Source of the DNA: Malacoraja senta
Taxonomy: Eukaryota
Direction: 5' to 3'
Assembly: GCA_038087875.1 (NCBI GenBank)
Contig: CM075999.1
Span: 62,001 to 126,000 of the forward strand
DNA: 64,000 nucleotides
A program made the translations under genes and the position numbers. The notes beneath the pieces are model-generated. The model was given only the letters and a program-made list of their open reading frames with translations. It searched no databases and was not told the DNA's origin. Within the stretch, counting starts at the first letter, position 1. Every line of letters starts with the position of its first letter. Below, one piece after another: positions 49,232 through 61,771 of this stretch.

Positions 49232-50621
49232 GATTAGGGGAGCAGATTAAATGCAGGTGTAACTCCTAATAGCTCAGAGGAGGAGTGTGGAAAGAGTCTC
49301 AAGTGTCTGGAGGCATGGCAAGTGTGACAGTAACTGCCTCAACTACCTCCTCTGGCAGCACATTCCAAATATCCAACACTCTGTGTGAAAATGTTGCCCC
49401 TCAGGTTCCTACTAACATTCCCTCTCACCTTAAACCTATGCCCTTCGGTTCTAGATTCCGCTACTCTCGGTTAAAGACTGTGCATTTGCCCTATTTATTA
49501 CCCTCATGATTTTGTGCACCTCTATAAGATCACCCCTCATCCTCTTGCGCTCCAAGGAATAAGGTCCTAGCCTGCTCAATCTCTCCCTATAGCTCAGGCC
49601 GTCCAGACCTGACAAACTAATACAATTTCTACATGTTTACAACAACGATTTCAGCTTTTATCCAGAGCTAATTTGGTGATTCATTCACCGGATCTTTCTT
49701 CCTTGGATATGAGATGAGTCAAGAGTGTGAAGTGCTTAGTTGTCATATGCACCAGATATGAAACGAAATAATAACATTCTGACTTGCTGCTGCTTTACAG
49801 GAACATTAGATGCAACAAAATAAAAAATGAAACAAATAAATAAACGATTAGTTTTTCTTAGTAAACCAGATAGTGATGTTGTGATTAATACTGGTGTCAG
49901 GGGTTATGGGAAGAAGGCAGGAGAATAGGGTTAGGAAGGAGAGATAGATCAGCCATGATTGAATGATGGAGTAGACTTGATGGGCCGAATGGCCTAATTC
50001 TGCTCCTATCACTTATGAATAGTGCAAAAGGCAAAATATGTAGAACAATCATTGCAGAGCAAAGTCTGCAGTGGTTTGCTGTACGTGTTGTGCAGGGTGG
50101 TTCAAGAACTTGATAGTTGTTGGGAAGAAACTGTTCTTGAACCTGGAGTTCACAGTTCTCAGGCTCCTGTACCTTCTTCCCAATGGCAGCAGTGAGATGA
50201 GAGCTGATGTTTCCCCTTAAATACATTAGTCCTATTTGCCGCAATCCAACCCGAGTAAAAATGTTTGCTGTTATTTGATGTGAGGGTCAGAAAATTAATC
50301 TGTTGTGCTAAAGTCTGGTGTAACATCAATTTATTAAAGAAATCAGTAAAGCTCCAGAGAGCACTTCCTGAACTGAGCAATTATACCTGTAATGAGAAAG
50401 TAATAGCACATGTATTTTCAGAAGGATTTACAGATAATTGACTTCCTCTGGTACTTTCTAAATAATTTAATTTTACTATTCTTATTTAATCCAGGATCAA
50501 CAGATATTGTACGGCATTGTTCTCTATAACAATATTAAAACAAGGAGCAGGAATCTGCTGTGTTCCTGAAGCATTTACTATATTTGAATTGGGGAATGAA
50601 TTCTAATGAAATGTATAAATG

Positions 50622-51190
50622 TGCAAGAAGGAACTGCAGCTGCTGGTTTGTACCGAAGATAGTCACAAAATGCTGGAGTAACTCAGCGGGTCAGGCAGCA
50701 TCTCTGGAGAAAAGGAATAGGTGAAGTTTCGGATTGAGACCCTTCATCAGACTGGGAGTTAGGGATGGGGAACCTAGAGGTATTGGAAGGTACAGAACAA
50801 AACAGAGCCTGCATAGATGACTTGGGAATCGTGGAGCCCACAATGGTCCATTGTTGGCTGGGGACGAGGTGACAACGAAGAAATACAGACGGTGAAATTA
50901 GCAAGGTGACTAAGGTGGGGAAGGACCAGAGAGGGAGGGAATGCAAGGGTTACTTGAAGTTAGAGAAATCTATATTCATGCCATTGGGTTGTAAGCTGCC
51001 CAAGTGAAATATGAGGTACTGTTCCTCCAATTTGCATGTGACCTCACCCTGACTCTGGAGGAGGCCCAGGACAGAAAGGTCAGTATGGGAATGGGAAGGA
51101 GAGTTAATAGTCCTCCTTGGCCTCTGCGATCTCGCGGTTGCCAAACATTTTAACTCCCCTGTGTTACTCCAGCATTTTGTGTCTATCTTT
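50622..51190 (-). mobile_element. Penelope-like element 3' end (GIY-YIG C-terminus plus pseudo-LTR with hammerhead-like motif)
   Basis: SPSHSHTDLSVLGLL...KLEEQYLIFHLGSLQPNGMNIDFSNF; CTGATGA...GAAAC at 50720-50752(-); inverted terminal piece at 51110-51190. Confidence 0.85.
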
Positions 51191-51696
51191 ATTGAAATGA
51201 AATTCTATATTGATCAGTCTCCAAAGACTCCAAAGTTTTAAAATATGTTTTTCTTCTTCCCTCAATAAAAGAGGGAGACAAGGAGACAAAAATAATTAAT
51301 CTCTAGGCCAGTTAGACAAACATCTGCCATGGCAACATGCAAGAATTCATATTATAAGAAGGGAATAGTGTCAATGTGGTTTTATGAAAGAGATATCGTG
51401 ATTAATACATTTTCCAGAGTTTATTTGAAGATATCGCAACAGATACATAGAACATAGAATATAGAATATAGAACAGTACAATACAGGAATAGATCTGTTT
51501 CCATGCTGCATGCTCAATATTCTCAATATCCAGATCAAACAATGTTTTTAATAAAATTAGTGACTGAGTTACCACTGCTGCCCAGCATAGAGAATCCCAA
51601 AGATTCGCCAGGCTATGAGTGAAGAAATTTCTCCTAATTTCAGTCCTAAACTCTCGATCTGAGACTGCAACCCTGGATGTGGATCTTCACCCAAGG

Positions 51697-52090
51697 GCAT
51701 AGAAACAGGCCCTTCGACCCAACTTACCCATACCAACCAACATGTCCCATCTACACTAGTCCCACCTGCCTGCATTTGGCCCATATCCCTCTAAACCATA
51801 TCCCCTCTATGTACCTGTCTAAATGTTTCTTGAACGGAGTGATTAGTACCTGCCTCAACTACCTCCTATGATAACTCATTCCATACACCTACCACCCTTT
51901 ATGTAAAAAAATGCCCCTCCAGTTCCTATTAAATCTTTCTTCCCCTCACCTTAAACCTATGTCCTCTGATTCTCCATCCTTCTACTCTGGGTAAAAGACA
52001 GTGCATTTACCTTATCTATTCCTCTCATGATCATATACCCCTCTATAGAATCATCCTTCATCCTCCTGCATACCATGGAATAAAGTCCTG
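51697..52090 (-). mobile_element. CR1-like 3' fragment
   Basis: GLYSMVCRRMKDDSIEGYMIMRGIDKVN plus conserved tail. Confidence 0.8.
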
Positions 52091-53313
52091 ACCTGGTCTC
52101 TCCCTCTCTACCTCTCCATGTAACAAACCCATCAACCCAGCAACCAGTTCTTGGCACTCTCTCCATGACAAGTGTACCCTGTTTTTAAAATTCAAAAATA
52201 AACTTTATGTGCAGTGAAAGATATATACAAATCAAAAGCATGCAAATCTCTTCTTGCAATCTGAGTGTGTCTACACGTTCTATATTGCTAGTGTTATACC
52301 CAGTAGAGTTTGCAACACCCTTTTTGTACACATCACATCTTTGCCCATTGGACTCAGGTGACCAAGATGCCCCACCTACACTAGTCCTAACCTGCCCACG
52401 AATAGCCCATATCCCTCATAACCTTTCCTAACCATGTATCTGTCCAAATGTTAAACAATTTAGAAAAAAGATTCCATTACTGTTAATATATTTGGTTGCC
52501 AATTTTTTTTTTGAGATGATGGATTATGTATCTTATAGAAATAAATGGATTATCTTCAGCGGTGGAACAATCCAATCATGTCTCCATTTCCCTGCATCGG
52601 TTTGCATTCCCATGGTCAGTTAGACTATGAACAAATCTGCTTGAATTTTAGGCCAAACAAATAGACAGTAAGACATAGAAGCAGAATTGGGCCATTCAGT
52701 TCACCGAGCCTGCTCTGCCATTCGATCAAGGCTGATCTGTTTTACTCTCTCAAATGAACTATCGCTGACTTTCAAAGAATTACATACAAGGTTTGAATTG
52801 CACAGTTTTAATGATTTCATTTCTGCTTTAGCTAGCAACTATAATGTTACCCTGAACGAATAATAGACCAACTCCAATGATTATAGCAGGTAGGAAATGT
52901 TATCATGCACGCTTAATGTAAATGTCAGATTATAATTATTAATCACAGTTATGCACAATACAGTACGGTTATCTTTCAGGCAAGTTTCCGATTCTTAATA
53001 GTACTATCTATCACGGTTTTCCGATTTAAAATGATCAAATTGGAGAAAACCAGACAGTCCATTGATCCTAGAGTAGATTAAATGAACAGATATTACTGTA
53101 TCAGGATGCAAGACCAGTTCATTGCTCTTAGAAATTATGGTTACACTCTTGACGTGCTTTTAACTTTCCAACATTCCCTGGAGTCAGGGAGGATTCCATT
53201 ACATTGACCAAGAGCGAATGTAACTATTTTATTCAACAAAGGAGGGAGGCAGAATGCAAGAAACTGTAGACTAGTTAGCCTAACAGGAAAAAATTGGAAT
53301 CTTATATTACAAA

Positions 53314-55569
53314 ATTAAAAACTAAATAGTGGGGGAGAGGGATTGACAAATTGGGAGTATAAAGATGGAGTTGAAGGGGAAGTGACTACAGGATGAATTA
53401 CAAAAGATTCTCGAATTAATGGGAAGGAAAGCTCGAGAAGGAACAATAGAGTAAGGTCAGGGCCAATTGCGAGCGGTGCGAGGGGGAAAGTGAATACGGA
53501 GGTCAAAGTGCTGTATATGAATGCGCGAAGTATAAGGAATAAAGTGGACGAGCTTGAGGCTCAGTTAGAAACTGACAAGATTCAATTAAAAATTTTACAT
53601 AGATTATACTATTCAAAAGCTAAATTAAGTAAATTTTACCCAAATACCTCTGCTATCTGTGATAAATGCCTAATCCAAGAATCAACTATAGCACATTCTT
53701 TTGTTTTTTGTATAAAAATTCAAAAATTTTGGAATGGAATTTTTGAAATTTTCACTAAATTATTTAAAATAAAACTGAAACCGAATGCAGAATTGATTAT
53801 TTTTGGAACAATAGCAGCAAGTTTGGAGCTGACTTCGTTTCAAAGGAGTTTTCTTAATTATGGCTTAATAACGGCAAAAAAACTGATACTGATATTTTGG
53901 AAAAATGCTCCTACGCCAACAATAAAAATGTGGACTTCTAATATGTCGGAATTGTTACACCTAGAAGATATGAGATTCCTCCTAGCAGGTAAACAAGACC
54001 AATTCCAAAACATTGGGTCTCCGTATATCGACTTATTACAAACATAGGGTGCAACAAAATGTTGATAATAAATGGTTTTAGGACCTGGCGAGGGGTGAGT
54101 AAAGATAAGAAGTAGGTACATCCCTCTCATATTGCCCAATCTTACTTTCTTTTTTCTTTTTTCTTTTTCCTCCTTTTGGTTTTTTTCTTTTCTTTTTTTA
54201 ACTATTTCTTGTGGTTTAGGTTCATACGGGTGTTCCTGGACCACTCTTTCATTCACTCACTGACTATCTTTACTAACTCTTTCTATCCTTTTTTCCTATT
54301 AAAGTTTAAAATAAGAAGTGGTATTAGAACTGTATAAACTTACGTTATTGCAGATTACTGTAATGTAAAATACTTCTAATAAAAAAATTAAAAAAAATAA
54401 AAAAATAAACTGGCAAGTATGATGTTGTGGGAATTACTGAGACGTGGCTGCAAGAGGGCCAGGGCTGGGAACTGAATATTCAAGGGTATACCTCCTATCA
54501 AAAAGACAGACAGGGGGGCAGAGGGGGTGGGGTTGCCCTGTTGGTGAGGAATGAAATTCAGTCCCTTGCAAGGGGTGACATTGAAACAGGAGATGTGGAG
54601 TCAGTATGCATAGAACTAAGGAATTTGTAAGGGTAAAAAGACCCTAATGGGACTAATCTACAGGCCCCCAAACAGTAGCCTAGACATAGGGCCCAAGTTA
54701 AATCAGGAGTTAAAATTGGCATGTAGCAAAAGTAATGCTGTGGTTGTTATGGGAGATTTCAACATGCAGGTAGACTGGGAAAATCAGGTTGGTACTGGAC
54801 CCCAAGAAAGGGACTTTGTAGAGTGCCATCGTGATGGATTCTTAGAACAGCTTGTATTGGAGCCTACCAGGGAGAAGGCAATTCTGGATTTAGTGTTATG
54901 TAATAAACCGGATTTGATAAAGGACCTCGAGGTTAATGAGGCATTAGGAGGTCGTGACCATAACGTGGTCAGCTTTAATCTACAATTGGAGAGGGAGAAG
55001 GGTAGATCGGAGTTGTCAGTGTTACAGTTGAATAAAGGGGACTATGGGGCCATGAAGGAGGAGCTGGCCAAAGTTGACTGGAAAGATACACTAGCAGGGA
55101 AGACAGTGGAACAAAAATATCAGGTATTTCTAGGAATAATACAGAAGGTGCAGGATCAGTTCATTCCTAGGAGGAAGAAAGATTCCAAGGGGAGAAAGGG
55201 GCGACCATGGCTGACAAAGGATGTCAGGGACAGTATAAAAATTAAAGCCAAGAAGTACAACGTAGCAAAGATGAGCGGGAAGCAAGAGGATTGGGTAATG
55301 TTTAAAGAACAACAGAAGATAACCAAAAAGACAATACAGGGAGAAAAGATGAGGTACGAAGGTAACCTAGCCAAGAATATAAAGCAGGATAGTCTGGGTG
55401 CTTTCAAGAGAGAGCTAGATAGGGCTCTTAAAAATAGCAGAGTCAGGGGATATGGGGAGAAGGCAGGAACGGGGTACTGATTAGGGATGATCAGCCATGA
55501 TCACATTGAATGGTGGTGCTGGCTCGAAGGGCCGAATGGCCTACTCCTGCACCTATTGTCTATTGTCTA
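53314..55569 (+). mobile_element. CR1-like LINE (endonuclease plus 3' end, RT deleted), split by L1
   Basis: VLYMNARSIRNKVDEL | YDVVGITETWL, IYRPPN, MGDFN, PTREKAILDLVL, DHNVV; jumps to the 3' end near 55390; (CTATTGT)n tail. Confidence 0.9.
53580..54406 (+). mobile_element. L1 LINE 3' end with poly(A)
   Basis: IQLKILHRLYY...CDKC...HSFVFC (L1 C-terminal cysteine-rich motif); A-rich tail 54378-54406; TSD aaactg(a/g)caag at 53569-53579 and 54407-54417. Confidence 0.9.
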
Positions 55570-56329
55570 AAGCAGCTGGTTGTGCTGCTGCCTCACAGTG
55601 CCAGAGACCCAGTTTTGATGCTGACCTCGATGCTGACCTTGGGTGCTGTCTGTGTGGTGTTTGCATGTTCTCCCAATCCATTGGACCTGGGTCTGCCTCT
55701 GTCAGGAAGAGTGCGGTGGATGCCTGTATACAAGTGTCCCCATGTTAAAAGAGGTCATGCATAGGCATTCACTTGCAGGGACATCACCTGCACATAAAGT
55801 GATAGAGTTATACAGCACAGAAACAACTTCGGCCCAACTTGTCCATGCTAAACAAGTTGCTCTCTCTAAGGTAGACCCATTTGCCTACAAGTCTGTGGCT
55901 CCAGCATCTGTCTCTTCAACCATCTCAACGGACCCACCAGGAGGACAATCATTCTTGCCTGAGTGATCGCTGATCGGGATAACATTGTCCCGCAAAGGTA
56001 AGCTTCAAAGGACTCTCAGCCTCAGTGTACACAACATTCTCAACATGTCTCCTGTGGGCCAAGCAGATGGGTTGGCCTTTCCAAAGGGGAAACTGCTCTG
56101 ATACATCTGGAAGAGAAACAGCTGCAGATGCAAGAACTCCAGCGTGCATGATGCCAGGGCAGAGAAGAGTAATGCCTTCGCTGTTAACTCATTAACAAAG
56201 CTGTATTTCTTTGTCGTGAATGCTGTCTTTCACGTTCCATTTGGACCAGTTTAGGAACCAACATAGATTTCAGTCGCACTTGCATGAGTGAAATCCAGGA
56301 GAGTCCATGGGTTTGGAACGTTAATAGCT

Positions 56330-56908
56330 TTAGCGGCAGCGCAGCTCTGAGGTACCATCGTGGAGCGGGCGATGCCTTACCCGGGTCGCCGTGTGGAGCT
56401 CCGGAGTGCTGTGACTGCCGACTTCAACATTCTGGAGCTATGGGTTCTGCGGAGCGTCCAACCGCGGCGGCGCTGACTTTAAACACCGCGGAGCCTGGGA
56501 TCTTTCGCCGAGATCGCCAGTGTTGGAGCTCCGACCAGCACGGCCTGTGGACTTCGGAAGCCGCAGTCTCCGGTAGCCAGCGGCCCGTTTCGGAACTCCA
56601 AGCCGCTGAAGAGTGTTCTTCCGACGCCGGAGTTCCATCATTCCGGCGAGAGGGCCTGAAACATCGGGCTGCCGTAGCAGCGACTGCGGAGGCCTCGATA
56701 GGCCCCGACCACGGGTGACCATAGAGGAAGTGGACTGAACTTTGCTGCCTTCCCACACAGTGGAAACCATTGTTGGGGGATGTTTTTATGTTTAATGTTA
56801 ATTCTTTAATGTTGTGTTTATTTTATTGGTGTGCTGCAATGGCAACTCAAATTTCACTACACCAATTGGTGTATGTGACAATATATGTCCTTTGTCCTTT
56901 GTCCTTTG
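56330..56908 (+). mobile_element. GC-rich non-autonomous element (copy 3, 5'-truncated)
   Basis: Colinear with ~5950-6500; (TGTCCTT)n tail. Confidence 0.65.
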
Positions 56909-57777
56909 GCTATTAACTTAAATTTAGGTATGTCCATAAATGCAATCAATCTCATTTATCTGCAAAAGTTTGGAGATAATCCAAGCCTATAACAAATGAT
57001 GAATGACCTAAATATTATGGGTTACATGTTGCATTGTATTTATTTAACGTAAACACAACTTTTCAACTTAACAATGGCTGCACATTAGGTTGCAATCAGT
57101 CACGGATGAGAACAACATACGTTACATACATCTGCTGTCACCAAGTTCTTGGTCCACAGACCTAAATGCTATATTGGGTGTAGTTCTGATCACCTGATTA
57201 CAGGAAGGATGTGGAGGCTATGGAGAAGGTGCAGAAGAGATTTACTAGAAAGACTATAAGACCATAAGACATAGGCCCAATCAGTCCATCAAGTCTGCTC
57301 CACCATTTGATTATGGCTGATCTATTTTTCCCTCTCAACCCTATTCTCCTGCCTCTTACCAATCAAGAACCTATCACTCTCTGCATTAAAAATACCCAAT
57401 GACTCGGCCTCCATAGCTTTCTGTGGAGATAAATTCCACAGATTCACCACCATCTGGCTAAAGAAATTCCTCCGTGTCTCCATTCTATGCTGCCTTTATT
57501 AGACGGTATTACTTACATGGAAAGGTTGCTCCCTGGAGCACTGCAGGTTGAGGGAAGATCTGATGGAAATATATAAAGATATGCGAGGCATAGATGGAGC
57601 AGACAGTCGGAACCTTTTCCCACAGAAATGTCAAAGATTACAAGGCATCGGTTAAGGTGAGAGGGGTAAAGTATAAAGGTGATATGCGGGGCAAAATTTT
57701 AATGTATTTTTAATGTATTTTTTACACACAGAGGGCGGAGGGTGCCTGGAACGTGCTGCCACAGGTGGTGGTTGATC

Positions 57778-57912
57778 AATCTGAAGAAGGGTCTCGAGCC
57801 GAAACGTCACCCAATCCTTCTCTCCAGAGATGCTGCCTGTCCCCGCTGAGTTACTGCAGCATTTTGTGTCTACCTTGGATTTAAACCAGCATCTGCAGTT
57901 CTTTCCTACACA
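57778..57912 (+). mobile_element. PLE-derived short repeat with hammerhead-like core, within CR1 debris
   Basis: CTGAAGA-agggtctcgagcc-GAAAC-GTC at 57781-57808. Confidence 0.65.
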
Positions 57913-58511
57913 TCATGATCCACACAGACATTGTGGGCTGAAGGGTTTGTACCTGTACTGTACTGTTCTATGTTCTGTGTTATAAAGTAACAGACACAGC
58001 AAGAGTTACTTGGCAATCCATATCAATGTCTGAAAGATTCTCTGTCAACCTACTGCAAATCATCCTGTGCAGATGAGATCTGTGGTGCTGGCAATTTAGA
58101 TCCCATTAAATAAATTGATTTCTATTCCCAAGTAAATGGGCTTTGTGACTGCTCCACTTGCGAGGGTTTTTTGGAGTAATATGTGTCATTACATTTTGAG
58201 CTTTTGGGCACCAGGGAAATTGAAAGGAAAAACCACTAAGTTCTCTGCTGATGCGCAGTCAGGGACTGATTAATAGAGCATCATGATCGAGACAAATTAC
58301 CATCGGCAAGTTGTTTGTATTTGCACCTGTCATATTCTTCGAGAAGCTTTACTTGGGCTGCTAGCTTTGCTGTGAGCGTAGGAAATATTTTAGGGAGAAA
58401 CTATTCAAGGAAGTCCCAAATGTAGGCACCAGCAGCACCCATCCTTCTCCCTCAATTCCTCCAGTCCGGGACGTCAAGGAACATCAAGGGTGGAATAAGA
58501 CAAGAAGAGAA

Positions 58512-59152
58512 GCAGCACAGTGGTGCAGCAGGTAGTGTTACTGCCTTAAAGCATGGATACCTGGGTTCGATCCTGACTACGGGTGCTGTCTGTATGGAGT
58601 TTGTACGTTCTTCCTGTGACCGCATGGGTTTTCTCCAGATGCTCCGGTTTCCTTCCACATTCTAAAGACTTGCAGGTTTGGAGGTTAATTGGCTTCTGCA
58701 AAAATTGTCCCTAGTGTGTAGGGTACAACGGGTGTATGAGTGGCCGCTGGTCAGCACGGACTCATTGGACCGAATGGCCTGTTTCCATGCTGTATCTCTA
58801 AAGCTAAAACGAAATAAGTTTTTGACAGTCTATGGGCAATGCAGTGGCACAGCTGGTGGAGCTGCTGCCTCACAGTGCCAGAGATCTATGTTTGATCCTG
58901 AGCTCCGATGCTGTCTGTGTAGAGTTTGCACGATCTTCCTGTAACTGTGTGACTTTCCTCCGGGTGCTCCAGTTTCCTCCCTCAACAAAAATGACGTGCG
59001 GGTTTATAGGTTAATCGACCTTTTGCAAATTGCCCCCAGTGTGTAGGGAGTGGATGCAAAAGTGGGATAAACATAGAACTAGTGTGGACATGTTGGACAT
59101 GACTCGGTGAGCAAAAGACCACGTTTCCATGCTGTATATTTCAATCAATCAA
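58512..59152 (+). mobile_element. two tandem V-SINEs (58512-58810, 58835-59152)
   Basis: Each has a tRNA head, V-domain and CR1-like tail. Confidence 0.85.
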
Positions 59153-59429
59153 TACCAAATGGTCAATGATAGAGGAAACCGAAAGAGATTTTAGGAGCTG
59201 CAGGGATGAATTTAAAAAGGTATTTAAGAAGGCAAAGAAAGTGCATAAGAAAATATTGCCAGGCAAGATCAAGGAACGCAAAGGTGATAAATAAATCTCG
59301 AGTGCAGTGTTGTTGAACAGTGAGACCGAGGGGTACAAGTACACATTTCCCTGAAAGTGGTGGCACAGTAGACAAGGTGGTGAAGAAGGCATGTCTGCAG
59401 TGGTCGTGGGTCGTGGTGTTGGCGTGAGG

Positions 59430-59680
59430 CTGGATTACAGAAGGGAGTACAGAATGCCACAGGAGATCCTTCTTCCCTGTGGCTATCAAACTGTACCACA
59501 CCTCCCCCTTCTGTCATGGGGTAGACTGACCCCCCCCCCCCCCCCCAATCTTTGCACATCCCCAATCCTTAATATTCATCATTTTAATTTAATGTTTCAT
59601 GTATTTGTGTTTTATGACTGTTGGCAGATTAATTTCCCTCCTGGGATATAAATAAAGTTCTATCGTGTCGTATCGTATCG
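59430..59680 (+). mobile_element. Rex1-like 3' end
   Basis: HRRSFFPVAIKLY, AATAAA and (TATCG)n tail. Confidence 0.65.
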
Positions 59681-60384
59681 AGGCCCTGCAACAGGCGGGC
59701 GAGTGAGCGGATCGAGCGCAGCCTGCGTCAACTGCACGGAGCGGAGGTTTGAAGGAGCCGACGGCATCGGGCTGGGCCAGGCCGATCCCTAGGTTCATTG
59801 ATCCAGTGCCACCAGGAAACCGGGCATTAAAGTGAGAAAATAAGAAATTGCAAATCTCCTTGGGACAGGACCAGACTTTTCAGAGACTTGGAAGTTGCAA
59901 GATGGCGCAGAAACATGGTGCCCCTCTGCATGTTGTTCCAGAAGAGAATCTACCTCCAATCATTTCACTCTTTTACTTATGTATTCTCGTGGTTTGATTT
60001 GATTGGATAGCTCGCAAAACAAATCTTTTCACTGCATCTTGGTACACATGACAATAATAAACTAAACATTGCAGATTCCTGTACAACTTTAAAAAACAAA
60101 AACTGAACACAGATTCAGAAAAATTCAGAGACAACATAAATCTATGCCTCCCCTCCTTGAATCCATTTGTCAAAAAGTGCATTTAATCTCATTTATCTGC
60201 AGAAGTTTGCAAATAACAGGAGCTGTAACAAATGACAAATAGCTTGAGTTGTAGGTGACACATCAGATTAATTGTTTTTCAGGTTAATGGTGACTGCACA
60301 TCAGTCACAGAGCATGTGTGCAGACGAGTGTCGGTGTCTACAACAAGAATAGACCAGAACTAAGCATAAAAGACAATCTTCCTC

Positions 60385-60830
60385 ATGGAGTCATGGAGTG
60401 CAGAAATAGGCCATTGGCCCAACTTGGCCATGCCGACCAAGGTGTCTTCCTGAGCTTGTTACGTTGGCTTGTATTGACCTGTTTTCTTTGCATTGCATTG
60501 CTTGCATTGACCCCTAACTCTTTCCTGCCCATAAACCTGTCCAAATGTCTTTGAGGCATAGTGATTATTCTTACTTCCATCACCTCAACTGGCAGCTCAC
60601 CACATATTCATCATCCTCTGTGTATAAAAACGTATCCCTCAAGCCTCACCAAAATCTTTCTCCTCTCACCTCTCTCGCCCTCTAGTGTTAGATACCCCTA
60701 CCCTGTGAAAAAGACTGCAGCTGTTCACCTTATCTCTGCCGCTCATGTTTTTTTATAAACCTCTATCACGTTTCCTCCTTCACTTCAGTGAAAACAGTCC
60801 AACCCTATTTAATCTTTCCATATAACCTAG
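60385..60830 (-). mobile_element. CR1-like 3' fragment (old)
   Basis: RHLDRFMGRK plus CR1 tail homology. Confidence 0.7.
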
Positions 60831-60934
60831 CAATATTGTAAGTATAATGATCTTTTAGCAATTAGAAAGGTTGAGAAAAAGTTAGGGGATGTGGGCCAAA
60901 CATAGCAAATGGGACTAACTCGGTTATAAAACAT

Positions 60935-61352
60935 GATAGCCACAAAAAAGCTGGAGTAACTCAGTGGATCAGGCAGCATCTCTGGAGAAAATTAATAGGT
61001 GACGTTGCGGGTCGAGACCCTTCTTCAGAGTCAGGGGAGAGGGAAACAAGAGATATTGAAGGTACACAAACAAATGAATGAAAGATATGCAAAAAGCAAT
61101 GATGATCTAGCAAGGGTGGAGCCCATAAAGGTCCATTGTTGGCTGTGGGGAAGGTGATAATGAGTTATACAAACAGTGCAACTTATCAGGACGACAGAGA
61201 AACTAGTTCGATGACTAGGGTGGGGGGGGGGGGGGGAGAGAATGGAGAGAGAGGGGATGCAAGGATTACATGAAGTTAGTGAAATCAATATTCATACTGC
61301 TGAGTTGTAAGCTGCCCATGTGAAATGTGAGGTGCTGTTCCTCCAATTTGCG
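60935..61352 (-). mobile_element. Penelope-like element 3' end
   Basis: Minus strand RKLEEQHLTFHMGSLQLSSMNIDFTN (61270-61350) plus pseudo-LTR module; colinear with 50660-51035. Confidence 0.8.
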
Positions 61353-61771
61353 TGCTGGTCCCAGAAAGGCATCTGCTATCATCATCCATTATACTCACTC
61401 CACTCTTAAACCTTTATTTCAACAGCAGCATTTCTTATGCTCATGTTCTCTCTTTACTTTACCTTGCACTAAATGTTGTACCCTTTATCCTTTACCTGGA
61501 CACTGAGGACTGCTTGATTGTAATTATGTATAGTCTTTTCTTTGACTGGATAGTGCACAAAAGCTTTTCACTGTACCTCGGTACATGTGACGATAGCAAA
61601 CTAAACTAAATCATATTGAATGGTGGTTATGCGTGAGGGCCTGAGTGGTCTATGCCTGCTCCAATTTCCTTGTGCTCTTGTGTTCATAAGATTGATAAGG
61701 ATTGAGTGAAATATGCTAGAATTCCTGGAATAACTACTACCCAAAGAAGAAAATATTATCTTGAAGAGGGT

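Larger units (their letters stand above)
46660..49329 (-). mobile_element. solo LTR (~300 bp: 46660-46865 and 49232-49329) split by a LINE fragment
   Basis: TGTCA...TGACA termini; 5-bp TSD gtacc/gtaac (one mismatch); TATAAATA on the minus strand near 46846-46853. Confidence 0.7.
46495..49612 (-). mobile_element. CR1-like 3' fragment (46495-46659 and 49330-49612) split by nested insertions
   Basis: ...gttatagtacc | gtaactgcctcaactacctcc... rejoins into the CR1 tail also seen at 7165-7622 and 51697-52090. Confidence 0.8.

Noticed and set aside
55880..56005. Coding exon ending at aaag/gtaagc
   Set aside because: All three plus-strand frames hit stops shortly upstream of the donor-like site.
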